Assembly: GCA_951406725.2 (NCBI GenBank)
Contig: OX597822.1
Coordinates: forward strand, 20,646,001 to 20,710,000
Source of the DNA: Octopus vulgaris
Lineage: Eukaryota
Direction of reading: 5' to 3'
DNA length: 64,000 nucleotides
Shown here: in pieces, positions 11,986 to 25,707 of the stretch
How the letters are laid out: each line of letters begins with the position of its first letter
Numbering within the stretch: the first letter of the stretch is position 1
Position numbers and translations under genes: made by a program
The notes under the pieces: model-generated
What the model was told of the DNA's origin: nothing
Databases searched by the model: none
What the model saw: only the letters and a program-made list of their open reading frames with translations

Positions 11986-13157
11986 ATTTATACGCGTAAG
12001 ACACTCATTTTAATATGGACTTAAATCAAAGATCCTCTCTATTCTTGTGTACCGTGTTGACAGATCAGTGAGGCGTGGACTGGATTACATCGATACTCTA
12101 TCATACAACCAATTGAAGCGGCATCGGTGAGCCTCGGTGGAATTGCCGGTCTTCGTTGAAATGCGCTTTCGACCGTGTTAACACTTTCTAATACCAACCG
12201 CCTATTGATCTTCGATTTCGACCGCCAACCACCTCCTCTACTTAGTCTATTGGCCATCAAAAACTTAATCAGGAAACCTGAAACGGTATCGAAAATTGTA
12301 AGCAATTCTATTGAAGCTGGGGAAGGAGCGCTGATGAATATATGTTTGCGATGGTGGTAGTAGTAAGGAATATTGAATGACGTAGGTGTAGTAGTAGCAG
12401 GGGTGCTGGTTACTAGAGTATGTTAGAATTATTGGTGATTGTATTTCGGACAGGTATAGTACGTTTGGGGAGTTACAGTAATTATGATTAATGGAGTTAG
12501 TGTTTAGGGGTCGATATGGTCGAATTAGGGGATTTATTTATGACAGTGGTGATATTACTGTGAGTAATAATATGGATTTTCTTTTAACAGAGGCACAAGG
12601 CTACTAAATGTGAGAAACACGTATATAATCAATTATATTGACTCCAGAAAGCAACAAAAAAAAAAGAAAAAGAAAAACGCCGGCGGTATTTTGGATAAGA
12701 TGCCCCAGGTCTTATAAGAAAGAAGTTTACAGAAGTCGGGTGGAGAGGGGTATGCTAAAGACATTGAATAAAAAAAGAAAAAAATTATTTTTAGAATCGT
12801 AATTTCCGTTGTATGAACCATCGGAATACTATAAAATTAAGAATTTTTTTCTTTTTGTTTATTCATGAAGTATGGGGATTGTGATATGAAACTCCGTCAA
12901 AATTACAGGCACATTAAAAACAAAAATTGAAAACTATTACATACATTTTTTTATTCATCATATTAGTGTACAACACATTTCTGAAATTAACACATTTTTC
13001 AAGACAATCATTGGTATAGATTTTGTAAACCCTCAAAATGCATGACACACTCTGCTCAAGAACCACTGCATGACACATAGAACAGTAAGCAGCAGAAGCA
13101 CAGTTAATGATTGTTGCTATTAAAGATTTATGCCACCAAGGTTTTGTTCAAAGATCT

Positions 13158-13480
13158 TTAGCCCCCAGATATGAAACCAAGTTGGTGATTATACTGCATT
13201 TTCTGACAGGAAACTCTTTCAGTACCTACAATGTTTCTATATGCCTATAAGATTTTTGTGGTGGCCTCCGCGGAAATTAGCAACGTCGACTCAGTGAACA
13301 AGCTACAGGTATTGTTCAGATCACCTATAAGTTTACTGGTGATGTTCATCCCAGCCTGGTGTTTTGGTCTAATTATTGATCGGTTCGCTATTTTTGTATG
13401 TATTTATATATTTATTTATTTGTATTGATGTAGCCAACAGGTCAACTGACACTTGTGGTGATATTAGTAGTGACTAGAAT
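13158..13480. repeat. Interspersed repeat copy, inverted relative to 860-1185
   Basis: See the 860-1185 feature. Confidence 0.85.
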
Positions 13481-16331
13481 ACCCTTGAACTATCTGTTTA
13501 ATGTGTACCACGAAAGTGTCTCAGACTGAGTTTGAGTGTGACAACAGGACCACAGGCATGACATCTTCCCGGATGTACATTGCCACTCCACCATGAGTCC
13601 TTTCTCTCCTGTCAGTTCGAAACCCAACATACCCTGGTGTGTGTATCTCAGCATTTAATATGTCCACATTCAGATGTGTTTCTGGTTAGTGTCACGCATA
13701 TTGCTTGATTACATGCCACTAAGTCACTCAGGTACTGTGTTTGGCATTGTTGGGACGCTGTGCGGACCCTGATGTTCAGCCAGATTAGACCACATTTATA
13801 GCTTATTTTTAATACAAAGCATGACATAAGAAAATAGGTGACGTAACATATCTTACGGCCGTTTCCGATCAGTTGCCAAAATTCTGTCTATAAATAAATG
13901 CGAGAATACAGTTCTTCATCTTCATAGAGCATTCGAATTAAAGCAACGGAAGTCAGATACACTGAATGCACTAAAAAAAACCTGTGGTAAAAGTAATTTT
14001 ACACCGAGATACGAACGGGTCCTTTACGAAATATTTACCCACTTGAAAATAATTTTTAAAAAATTAGAGTATTGACTGTTTAAAGAAAGCTAAAATATAA
14101 ATACTTACTGTACCAACAACTTGTATTTTTGAAATCACATTCACTTAAAAATATTTCTAAATAGTTAAAATATTGTGTTTAACAAAAGCGAAAATAGAAA
14201 CATTTACTGTAAAAATAACTTGTATTTTTTCATTGGCAAGTTAAAGTCACTAAGACTTTGCCCAGGTCGTGAAGTTTGTCTTCAAAATACAGAAGACATT
14301 GATCTTAATGTCTCTAAGCGAAATATTAGAGTTTCTTCCTTCCAGGGTCATGTTGTTTTCGGAGTATTTTCCCATTATGCACTGTTTTGGGTATTTATGA
14401 ATACCCCAAACCACCCCATATCTCAGGAATCCGTGGTTCGATTTACGCGAAATTTATTTTATTCCGTTTGTATTCACATTTTAGGGATGTTTTAATTCGT
14501 AGTATTTTCCCATTATGCGCCAGTTTAGCTGTGTTAAATGACAGACAAGCAAGTAATCTGAGAGTTTTAGTATATAGATAGTGGTAGTTGCAGATGTAAT
14601 CTAATGTTGGTTGGGGTTCTAGCAATTGTACTGATAATGATAGTTTTTGTAACAGTGGTGGCAATGGTAGTAGTTATAATGATAATTATAGAGGCGATCC
14701 TAATGGTAGTTATTGCAATGATAGTATAAACTGTAGCAGTGTGGTGTAGGTAGTGGTTTTACCTACAGCTGCGCTGTCGTTACGGTGGTGGTGACGGTGG
14801 TAGTAGTGGCTTTGTTGGTAAAAGAATGGTGTTTTCGTATGGATATATCATATCTCATGCATTTATTGTTGTGTTCTCTATTCAGCAAACCAAACGACAG
14901 ATCAAATGTTTCTTTGAAACGCTTCCTTCCTTTATATTCTTTGAAAATTATCTTTGTTTTATATTCTTTAGGGAATTTGCCATATACCTACTTATATGCA
15001 CATGACGTATATATGTATGTGTGTCTCTATGCATATACATGTCTGAATATGTATAAATGTGTGTGTAGACACGTATATATACATATATGTGTGTAAGTGT
15101 CAGTATATGTTTGTGTGAGTGTGTGTGTTTATAATCTTTGCGCATATATACGTGTGTGTATATATAGCGTACATTATGTATGTAAATTCATGCATTATAA
15201 ATTATTGACTAGTTGATATAGTGATTCAAGATAGTACATTTTTTATCTTTCAAAGAAACAAAAGATTGTTGTTGACAAAGTTGAAAAGTAGTGTCATGTA
15301 TAAAACATAAATCAAAAGTACGTTTAAACCGATTACTAAGAATGGTTTATGATTTTGGAAACTCATGCAGACCATTCAATAGCTGTGAATTCTTTATCAA
15401 TTGGTTGTAGATATTTTCTTCGTATTTGGATGAGGCATTCACCTCATTCACGATATCTGTTTTTGTGAGGAGTCTAAGTGTTCCGCATCAGAAGATAATA
15501 TCTGATCTACTGTTTGAACAGAATTTTTAGTGAAATATGTAAATGTCTGAAATGAAATCTTATTGTTATTTCAACTATTAAACTACGGCCATGCTGAAGC
15601 ACCGCCTTCAAAGGTTATTAACCGAACATATATATAAACCTCAGTACTCAATTTTACTGATCCCTATATTTCAAACGACCCTAGTTGCCTTTTGATACAA
15701 TAAGGCAACACTTGACGCATCGTTTCATACTTATTAACACACACACACACACCTATTGACTGACATGGCTCTGTGATTCCCAGATAGTCTTTTCCACTGT
15801 CGTTTATACTGTCAGGCGTCTAGACCACCCTGGGGTAGTTGGACAATGTATTTCCTGGACAATTGAACAGGATTACTCTTATAGTGTGCAATGAATGTTC
15901 TCTTACTTTTAGTGACGTTTAGCTGAAATATAATATCATAACATATTTACTATCATAACATATTTACAACAAAATGACATAAACAAAACTTAAAATATAA
16001 AGAGAACAAATTATAACAAATAAAATTAAAAATTGTGTGTATTAATTAAATGCTAAAGGGATTTCACAATCACTCGGTACACATTCATCAAATTTCCGCA
16101 CAATATTCGCCTACGAAATTCTACTTGTTAGGAGGTGATTTACCAACCCAAGGTTACAGTACAAGAGCTGCATTGAGGAATGGAACATCACATGATTGTG
16201 AAACAAACTTGACCGTAGGGTTATTTGAACTAATTAACCTCATCTATATAGATGAGCATTTGTATCTACATTAGGCAAAAATATTGTAGGGTAAGTACTG
16301 TTACATATTTTTTTTATATTTATAGAGGAGA

Positions 16332-16778
16332 CTAGCTATTTTGACCCATGCTTCGCTCGGGTTTTGGTGATGGTGTTGTTTTGTGTGTGTTGTCTCCTTT
16401 TCCCTTTCTTCTTTTGTTCATCTTCCTTGCCTGGTTCTTTTTATTGCTCTCTTCTTTATCCCCCTTTCCAAAATCCCCCAAATTTTTACACCCACAATTA
16501 AAGATAACCGCAGCAACACGAAAAGCCACCATTATTCAAACAGCGCAACCCGTCTATCCCATAAAACTCAATTTTACCTATATTCCTCACCATGGCAACC
16601 AAACGGTAGCCCCGAGCAACTTGCAACCCTCTTCACACCTTTGCCCACCCCATTTTACCCGTAGTGTAAATTTTGGCGTCAATCCGACACCATCTACCAC
16701 CCCTTAAACCGTTCCCATCCCAAAATGAGACAAATAACCAAGAAATCAAACAGTATTTTCGCATTTCAGCTTTATAGA
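16332..16778 (-). mobile_element. Non-autonomous Helitron
   Basis: Minus strand starts TC (preceded by A) and ends CTAG (followed by T). An imperfect subterminal hairpin ACCCGAGC-GAA-GCATGGGT lies about 10 nt before the 3' end. No TSD. Confidence 0.75.
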
Positions 16779-18437
16779 TATTGATGAGGAATAGTTACAA
16801 TTTTAAAGTATGGAGACTTGCTACTAATAGTTTCACATTTAGCCCTTTTATTAATGCATTTCCTTTCTTCAATAGCTCTCTATAACATATCTATTGCATC
16901 ATCACATCAACCAGGAAGGTAAAACCTCGTATGATGCTTTTAAGTAGCAGATGAAGATAAAGTTGATAACTTCTGCATGAAGTGATACAACCAGAATTTC
17001 CAGTTATGTCACAGTAGTTATGAAACATTTAATATATATTTATATACATATTTAATGGCTCACCACTTCCAAGATAGTGGAGGTGTGGGAGCCTTTCCGA
17101 TTGCGATGAAGATATACTTGTAATAAGTCTCAAGGGAATCTACCCTCACTTTTTGCTATGTTCTTATCTTCTAATTGTTGGGATACATCGCCACATGGAA
17201 CTTACTGTATATAAGCTGAATGTTTCTTTTCTATATTTCTATTGATGATAGATTGTCCAACCGCATACGTTGTTCAGTTATCTCCATATGTGAAGTGTTT
17301 TAAGTAGTTTCTCAGTTTAACTTGTATTCGATTTATTTACTAAAAGTGACATGTTCAATATATCAATACAGAAGTTCAAGCCGGACATTAACCGAATCAA
17401 GTTAATGAAGATGTCTGGGAAGAAGTGCAAAAGTCCTGGATGCCACTTGCCTCCTCAGGTCAAATAACTGGAATTCTTTTTTTTTTTAAGAAAAAAAGTC
17501 GGTGGCTTGCTGTGCTTTTATAATCTTTAGTTTGATGCTTCGTGATTTTGAATTAATTTCCTGCTAACAAAGACCTTTTTATTGGTGCTGGACCTAATAA
17601 CATGAATACAACAATCGACCGACTTCTTTCTCCCTGTCTTTCTTTCTCTTCGCCCTCCCACTTCCCTATCCTTTATGCAAGCTATTTGTGCCCTGTTAAA
17701 ACAAAAATCAATACATTCATGTCAGCCCTCACTGTTAGTAGGATTTTTTTTCTTGAATACACCTGATCTTTTGTCAGCATGAATCAAATTTTGTCAATTA
17801 AAGATTAATATATATTTTCCCATGGCGACAGTTGTTTAGGCGGCTAACCGAATTAAATGCCTCACAGTACGGGGTTTAGTTTATCCCACTAAGTTTTGAA
17901 TTAAAAATCCCCACAAGAAAGTCATTTACGTTTCTTTCCTCCAAAGCCAATAAAAATAATCACCACTCAGTCGATTCAATCAACTTTACCTTCTCTTCTC
18001 AAACTGGTTACTTTGTACCAATGTTGAAGGTCAATATAACCCTCTGAGTAATCCAACAGCGAAAGTGCAAAACGGATTTACACAAAGCCTGCTACAGCTA
18101 ATAACAATGGCCTGTGTTTAGATTTCGCTATGTCTAGTATATCAAATTATCTGCACAAGAGGTTTATTCAAATTGGAATAGATTTGTGCATAGTCCATCC
18201 CACTGTATATATTCTAGCAGAATGTGAATACGTGATGTAAGTATTCGCGATGGAATATTTTGCTAAGAAATAAACAGTACTGCTCAAAACATAATCAACG
18301 TATTCATAAATTCTATATATCCGTTTACATTCCTTTTACCAAACATCAGCTTTGGTGGTTTCAATGTGTAGTCCCTCTGTGATCTAGACTGATTTTACGA
18401 ACAATGCTCTGGAGTCTGAATTGCTCTGTTTTTACAA

Positions 18438-19726
18438 TACAAGTGTCGGGGTACCCAAAAGAAACGGGAATTTTGCAATATTATTTTATTCACTTAGTTT
18501 TACATGTTTATACTTTTATCAACTTTAAAGTATTCTCCATTTGAAGTAAAGCATGGGTCCAGTCGCGTTTTCCACTGTTCGACGTTCTCCTAGAACTCTT
18601 GTGAAGTGATGCCTTTTAACGACTCCGTCACTTTTTTAATTTTTTATTTTTTATTTTTCACCTTTTCCACATCTGCAAAACGTTTTCCTTTAAGGTCTTT
18701 GTACATTCGGGGAACAAAAAAGTTGCTGGGAGCAAGATCGGGTGAATAGGGAGGGTGGGTAAACGGGTTCATGCTAGTTTTGGTCCAAAACTGTCACACT
18801 CAAAGCAGTGTGCGAAAGGGTATTGTTGTGACGAAACCACCACTCTCCACTTCGCCACTCGTCGGGGCGTTTTCGTCTCGCCGTGTGTTGCAAACGCTTC
18901 AGAACTGCCAAATAAAGTGTCTGGTTAACAGTTTGACCAAGAGGAACAAATACTGTTTGGACAATTCCTTTTGTATCGATGAAACAAATCAGCATCGTCT
19001 TGACATTGGACTTCACTTTTTGACACAATTTTTGGCACACTTTTTCGGTGACATTGAATACGTTCGTTGACTTGATTGCTGCTTCGCTTCCGGATTGTAA
19101 CCGTAGCACTAGCTTTCGTCACTAGTGATGACCTACGAAAAAAGATTCGGATCAACTTCCAGCCGTTCTTTTAGTTCACGACACGCATTCAGTCGTGACT
19201 GCTTTTGTTCTTTCGCGAGCAAGTGTGGCACAATTTTTGCTGCAACTCTTTTCCTTCACAATTCCTCGCTCAAAATTCGTTGACACCAGTCATATCAACA
19301 AGTTCGTCAATTTTTCGGTGACGGTCCTCCAAGATAAGTTCTTTAATTTTCATGATGCTTTTATTCGTTCAGGAGGTTGACAGTCATCCTGAACGAGGTT
19401 GGTCTTCAACTTGTGTTTCGCTTATGGCATTGTCCTTGTAAACTGTTTGAGACATGAGAACTGTTTCGGCCGCTGTTTTCCCTAGCAAAAAAACAGAATT
19501 CCACTGAAGCACGTTGTCCTTTCGATTCAGCCATCGCAAAACGAACAGGGGAGAAGCACTAGAAAACAAAGACGCACCTCGTGGCAGTACGAACTCACCG
19601 GACGATACCGATAGGCAGACTGATGCCTGAGGATCGCATCAAATAGCTTCTAGTGGCGGAAGCCGGAACTACAACGGACTTGTCCCACAGAGAACGTTTC
19701 CGGTTACTTTTGGGTACACCCTCGTA
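18438..19726 (-). mobile_element. Mariner (Tc1/mariner, DD34D-type) transposon relic, near full length
   Basis: TIRs GTACCCAAAAG(T/A)AAC at both ends; the right end reads TA-CGAGGGTG on the minus strand. Disrupted transposase: FLLGKTAAET, VAAKIVPH, VITSDES, KSNVKTMLICF, HPPYSPDLAP. Confidence 0.93.
18540..19535 (-). pseudogene. Mariner transposase pseudogene
   Basis: ORF pieces 19384..19569 and 18774..19109 plus the YSPDLAP motif near 18725-18755. Multiple stops and frameshifts. Confidence 0.88.
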
Positions 19727-19974
19727 CATAGGCCAGCAATGTTTTTGCCGCTATAGACTCTTTGTAACCAGAAAAGGAACACACAGCAGATAGGAAAACG
19801 AGAAATAAAAAAGTAGAATAAATGATTATATATGTATTTGCGTGTGCTTGTGTGTGTGTGTGCGCGCGCGCACGTAAGAGAGAAGAAGAGAGACAGTTTA
19901 GTATAAAAGTATGTAATAGCATAACGTGTACCACACACACACACACGGTTGAATGCACGTGTGTATAATAGATT

Positions 19975-21340
19975 ATTTTGAATTTTGAATTGTAAAAATA
20001 AAATGTACTGTTATGAATAATGTTGTCTTAAAATTTTGCTAGAATATGTCGTTTGATTTTTTTTCTCAGTCAGTTTGGATTGCGTGGTCGTAGTGGAATT
20101 ATTATCCTGTTCATAATTTCTCTTACAGGAGTCTCTTGGTTTGGAGCATGTCTCAAATATTTGTGTTGCTTCTGTAACTTGTCTAAGTGATGTGTCAGTT
20201 AGATGTGAAGAAAGGATTATTTTTTATCTCAATGGCTTATTTGTTAGTATCGATGTTAGCATCTTTTCATTGAATTTTGCCAGTGTTCCTCTATTTTATT
20301 TTCGCCATTTCTCCTATAAGTTATATAATTTTCTTACATTATTTTTCTATGCATCTCATAGTGTATACGGTATATAACGTCTGTGGTACTACAATTTAGT
20401 TTATTTGCTGATCTTGCAGTATGATATGGAACAATTTTAATCAGAGTTTTCGTAAATGGATTTATCCCACTGATTAATGAATAACACAGTTCCGCTACAT
20501 CTTTAATTCTGAGTTTTATATCGTTTAAAACCTTTCTGAATCTGTAAGCTAGTTCATTCTAATAACTCTTCCAGTTCAACGTCCTAAAATACTAAATGTG
20601 TAGTTTGTAAAACTTAAACCTGTATTGGATATATTGAATTAATATGGATAATTTATCCTTTTGTCTAACACTACCAGCAAGCTACGAACATCAGTTAATA
20701 CTGATAATGATAATTTGAAGAAATGTTGGCTCTTCTGTTTACTCTGATTCTGACTTGTTGATTATATCCAGTAAAGAGTTAAGTTTGGTTGATAAAATTT
20801 CGTACATGTTTTTGATGTTCACATGGTCAACACATTGGTTATTCGTATTTCATCACTTTTACTAGACCTGCTATCAAGATGTTTATTATTATTTTTTTTT
20901 TTTTTATTTGATACATCAAACTTATGCTAGACACTGTATTTTGTAGCCATGAATTTTATATAATGTGAATGAAAGGATCTTTATTTCATTTTCTATAACT
21001 TCTGACCAGATTCAGGATAGGCAGTCTGTTGTTAGGTCTAGTGAATATCGTGGATGGGGTTAGCTATGTATTTGACGCTCTCCATGGTGTTTCTTTTTTC
21101 TAATTCCTGGGTATAGTTTTCTGTAAAAGAAACAATAAAGTTTTTGTCATTTACGTATCTGGAATACATATAGCTGTGGAATTTTTTGCTAGAAACTTTT
21201 TGAATCTTCTGTTTCTCTACAACATAAAGAAGTTGACTAAGCTGTGCAATCCTGTCTTTTTCCTTGGCACAGTGCTTCTCTACCATCCAATGGGTCTTCT
21301 TTTCTAAAACGGTAGGGAGAAATTTGAATGAGATTTGCTT
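19975..21340 (-). mobile_element. Penelope-like retroelement relic (RT + GIY-YIG), highly decayed
   Basis: YSRYVND (decayed YxRYVDD) in ORF 21038..21286, LLDII near 20770, and GIY-YIG-like TTDVIYRI...IGE near 20300-20390. Confidence 0.65.
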
Positions 21341-22454
21341 GCTGTTTCAAGTCATTTATGCATAAACACCTTTCATTCTTTATAAGAATAGCACTATATG
21401 ACTTAATGTGTCCAGAGGCTCATATAGGCTATCTTGTGTATTTGTAACATTTGGTATGAATTTAGCAAATAACCTTTTATGTCATGTTATAGTTATAAGC
21501 AAAGCTTGCTTTTGTTTTACACGTTGTAACCATTTTTCTACATTGTTAGCAAGAATTGCGACAGATAAACTGATGTCAGGTAGACAGATGTGGATATCAC
21601 TAATGGAAATCAAATTTTATCATGTTTCAATGATGCAAGGGGGTGGATATCATACAATACATATATTTAGCTTAAGATTCACGCCACCCCACATCCCACT
21701 CACAAACACATACACAAAAGATGGATACATCATTATTTTGCCTTGCTTCCACGAAATTCCTTTAGTCTCTGTATTTTGAACAAAGAAAGATATTTCTTTG
21801 TTCAAAATGACAGAACTAGTTTCTCAGAAAAACCTATTCTTGTGTGTATATTGTCATGTAGACAATGTACTACATACTGTTTGCGTTTCTCTACATAGTC
21901 TAATGCATAAATATATAGACCTGTATGTGTATATAATTTGTATACTATTCTGTAGTTCTCTAAAGTATGTGATTATATATAAACATTTTATAAATATATG
22001 AATTATGAATATTGTTTATATGTATGTACACACACATGCATGCTTACATAAATACTTACACACACATATATATATATGATGAACATACAAGGGTATATAG
22101 AAAGTGTATATTTAAGTGACGAAATGAAACAAACGAATGATGAATTCCATTTCCTTGTTACACAGGTATCACCAATCAACTTAACGAATAGTTTTCTATA
22201 ATTTTGTGTGCATGCCTGTTAAGCATCTGTTGAAATTATCTGTAATGGTGGAAGTCTTTTGAATAAATTGAGGAAATTAAATGAGGAAATGAAATATATT
22301 GATTCTTTGTTAGAAATCATAAAAAAAATTTAACATTCCTTTTCTATTTTTTTTGCTATAAAGGCAGCTAGAATTTTAGTGATAGATGTTCGATGTGTGT
22401 ATGTTTAATGCGAGTATGTATGAATGCATAATATAGCAGTAAGCATACGTATGG

Positions 22455-22785
22455 TTCAGTGGTTAAGAAGTTTATTTCACAACCACGATGTACCACTCTA
22501 GTATCCTGCTATGCAGACGTTTGGCAAGTGTTTATTATTCTACTGTCGACTTCATCTAAGTCATGTGAATTAAATTGAGTAGCTGGAAACAGTGGGAGCC
22601 TGTTGGATAGACGGTCCCTGTGATTTAAAGGCCAGCCTTGTCACACAGTGTGTGATGTTGATTCTGCATAAGAATTAGGTTTAGGGTACAAGTGTTTATT
22701 GAATACTCAGCCACTTACACCATGATTCAAGAGTAGACAATTTAGTTGTTAGAACAACTGGAATATTTATTGTCACAGCTGGTGA
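22455..22785 (+). mobile_element. Degenerate tRNA-SINE (family C-like head, family B-like body)
   Basis: GTGGTTAAGAAG...ACCACG...GGCAAGTGT, then GGGTACAAGTGT...CTCAGCCACTTACAC, matching 6225-6510 in reverse complement. Confidence 0.55.
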
Positions 22786-23694
22786 AAATCTATTTAATAT
22801 ACATATATATATGTACATACATACATACATACAAACTTATGATACTTATGAGTGGCACAGTGAAGATTTGTAAGACATTCCAAAGATTCTCCATCTGAGG
22901 TTCTTTAGGTAAATAGATGCACACATTTGGGTATGTACATTGACAGCTCAACCAAATCACCAATTCAGCCACATATTTACAAACACCAGGAACCCTCTTA
23001 ACTCAAAAGTCTTGTCACTTTATTAGTAACTGGCTTGAACTCTTTTAAAAAGAACTTGAATAACACTCAGAGAAAAACATACATAAATATGTAAACAAAT
23101 ACATATATGTACATACATACGATTGTGTATATACATCTGTACACATAGATATATAATAGGCCAGGTCATATATATAAAAATATCTGCACATCTGTGTATA
23201 CATGTGTGTTTGTAACATATATATAAATGTAAATGCATATGTGTATATATATGAGTATGTGTGTGTGTTGAATGTATATATGTTTGGTATTCAATCTAGG
23301 TATTCAAGTATTATTATTATTCAAGTAAAAATATATTAATTTCAGACAACTATGAAATGTGTAAAAGAAAAGAGTAAAATAGTATTAAAAAACCCCAAAC
23401 AAAACATGTCTATAATATATGGAATTAGTTTTTAATTTTGAATTTTTGAATGAAGTTTTTCTCTTGCCAATATCTAATGTATTTCTTTTGGTGTACTTTA
23501 ACAAACTGTTCTCTTATTAATGACAGCAAATACATTTGTACAAATTATGAAACCATTTGTAGACAGTCGAAATAGTTCTGTTGAAAGAGTTGTGGATCTA
23601 ACAAACCCTAGTTCAATTTTGGGTGTCAGCATGCAAATAAGATTCTGCTTTCTTCTTGAAATTTATTATTTATCAAAATCTCTAAAGACAGTGT

Positions 23695-23880
23695 GTTAGT
23701 AGAATGGCTAGAGTGTAGGAAAAAATATTTTACAGTATTATCTCTGGTTCTTTACATCCCGAGTTCAAACCCCACTGAGGTCAAATCTTCCTTTCATTCC
23801 TAGGTGGTGGGGGTCAATAAAATGGAGTACCAGTCAAGTGCTGGGGTTGATGTAATCAAGAAGACCCTCCCACCAAGTTT
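23695..23880 (+). mobile_element. Family-A SINE, degenerate
   Basis: GAGTTCAAACCCCACTGAGGTC...CTTTCATTCC...GGGGTCAATAAAATGGAGTACC. Confidence 0.7.
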
Positions 23881-25307
23881 AGTCATATTTCATTGTTTTA
23901 ATTAACCTACTGTATCGATTCTTGATGGGTTATGTGTGTGGATGTGAATTTGACAAGGACAGGATTTCAGTTCAGAACATGGAGAGGTGAAGTGTGTAGG
24001 GTGATGCTCTTCTATACATCATTTTGTCCCTGAAAAATTCCTATGACAATATTAGATTGATTGTATTTATTTATTAATTTACTTTTTTGTGTGATAAAAA
24101 TTTGCATTTTGAGAAAAAAATATTTTAAAAATTTATTTTTCATCATATTTTTTCTCTTTCAATCTATAATTAAAAAACTTATTTTTTACTTCATGCAAAT
24201 TTTCTTGTTTAGCAAATCTCTTGGAAAAGAGAAAATATATGAAAAATACCTTTCTAGGCACAGAGCTATGCCTACTATTTGTCTTTATAAAAGAAATGTA
24301 TTTCTGTAAGTATATATGCATTAAATGTTAGGCATATTAGTGAATGTATGTGAATAATATAAGAATAAGGATGAAAATAATTCTTTCTGTACTACTGATG
24401 TGCAGAAAAAAAAGAATCCCTGCTAATTTACCATTTCACAGTTTCTTCACTTCTCGTCATACAAGGCAAACTTGGATTCCTTCTCTAAATTATAGCTTAG
24501 ATTAGTTGCTTATGAAGTAGTCAAAAATTAGTCTAACACTGTAGTATTGACTCTAATTTGCATATTTATACTTTTAACAGCTTGTATTTAATTGACCAAT
24601 ATTAATTTAAGCTTAAAATGGTGTAATTCAGAAGAACTGAAATAAAATTTTATATTTAACCCACAGAGACTTTGTAATATTTAAATTTATTTCTGTTCTG
24701 ATTTATGTTGTGCATCATAAGATATTGTGTGTATGTATGTGTGTGTGTGAGTGTGTGTATCTGCTTGTCTGTCTGGCTATCTGTCTGTGTAGATAGATAG
24801 ATAGATAGATAGCAACCTCATTGCTTAGTTTGCAACAAGATTGGTGCCCAAGACTCTTTACAGGGCCTTCAAGGATGATGTTAAACTGGGCAACGAATTA
24901 AGTGTGTGTGTGTGTGTATGGCTGACCTCCAACCACAATCAGCATGCAAGAAATGAAACATTGTAACAAGATGTTGCTCTTCAACTCCTTGAATCTTACC
25001 AAAATCTTCTACCCATGCCGGCATGGAGAGTGAATATAGAATGACAATAATGATAATGTATGTCTGTGTGTGTGTGTGTAGGTATAGATAGATAAATAGA
25101 CAGCTAGATTGCTAGATATATTTCATTATATTATCTCCTACGTATTATGGTCGTTAATTCTTCTTTTCTCTTAAATTTTTTATCAATTAATTTATTTACT
25201 GTTTTGAATATACCATTATACCATTTATATAGTTTTTGTAGCATTAATTCTACTCACCCTTCTCCTCTAACACTTTGCCTAAAAGCAGCCTATGGGCTTT
25301 GCTTGGA

Positions 25308-25670
25308 TTGGAGTGGTTGTGTGGTAAGAAGCTTGCTTCCTGACCACACGGTTCTGGGTTCAGTCCCTCTGCATGGCACCTTGGGCAAGTGTCTTCTTGG
25401 GCTGACCAAGGCCTTGTGAGTAGATTTGGTAGATGGAAACTGAAAGAAGCTCATCATATATGTATGTATTTGTGTGTCTGTGTTTGTCCCCCCACCATCA
25501 CTTGACAACCGATGCTGGTTTGTTTATGTCCCCATAACTTAGTGGTTTGGCAAAAGAGACAAATGGAATAAGTACTAGGCTTACAGAGAATAAGTCCTAG
25601 GGTTGATATGTTTGACTGAAAGCGGTGCTCCAGCATGGCAAAGTCAAATAACTGAAAAAATAAAAGTATA
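25308..25670 (+). mobile_element. tRNA-derived SINE, family C
   Basis: GGAGTGGTTGTGTGGTAAGAAGCTTGCT...GGGTTCAGTCCC...GGAAACTGAAAGAAGC with an internal TA/TG microsatellite. Homologous to 56215-56660 and 60028-60440. Confidence 0.9.
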
Positions 25671-25675
25671 AATGA

Positions 25676-25707
<32 letters not shown>

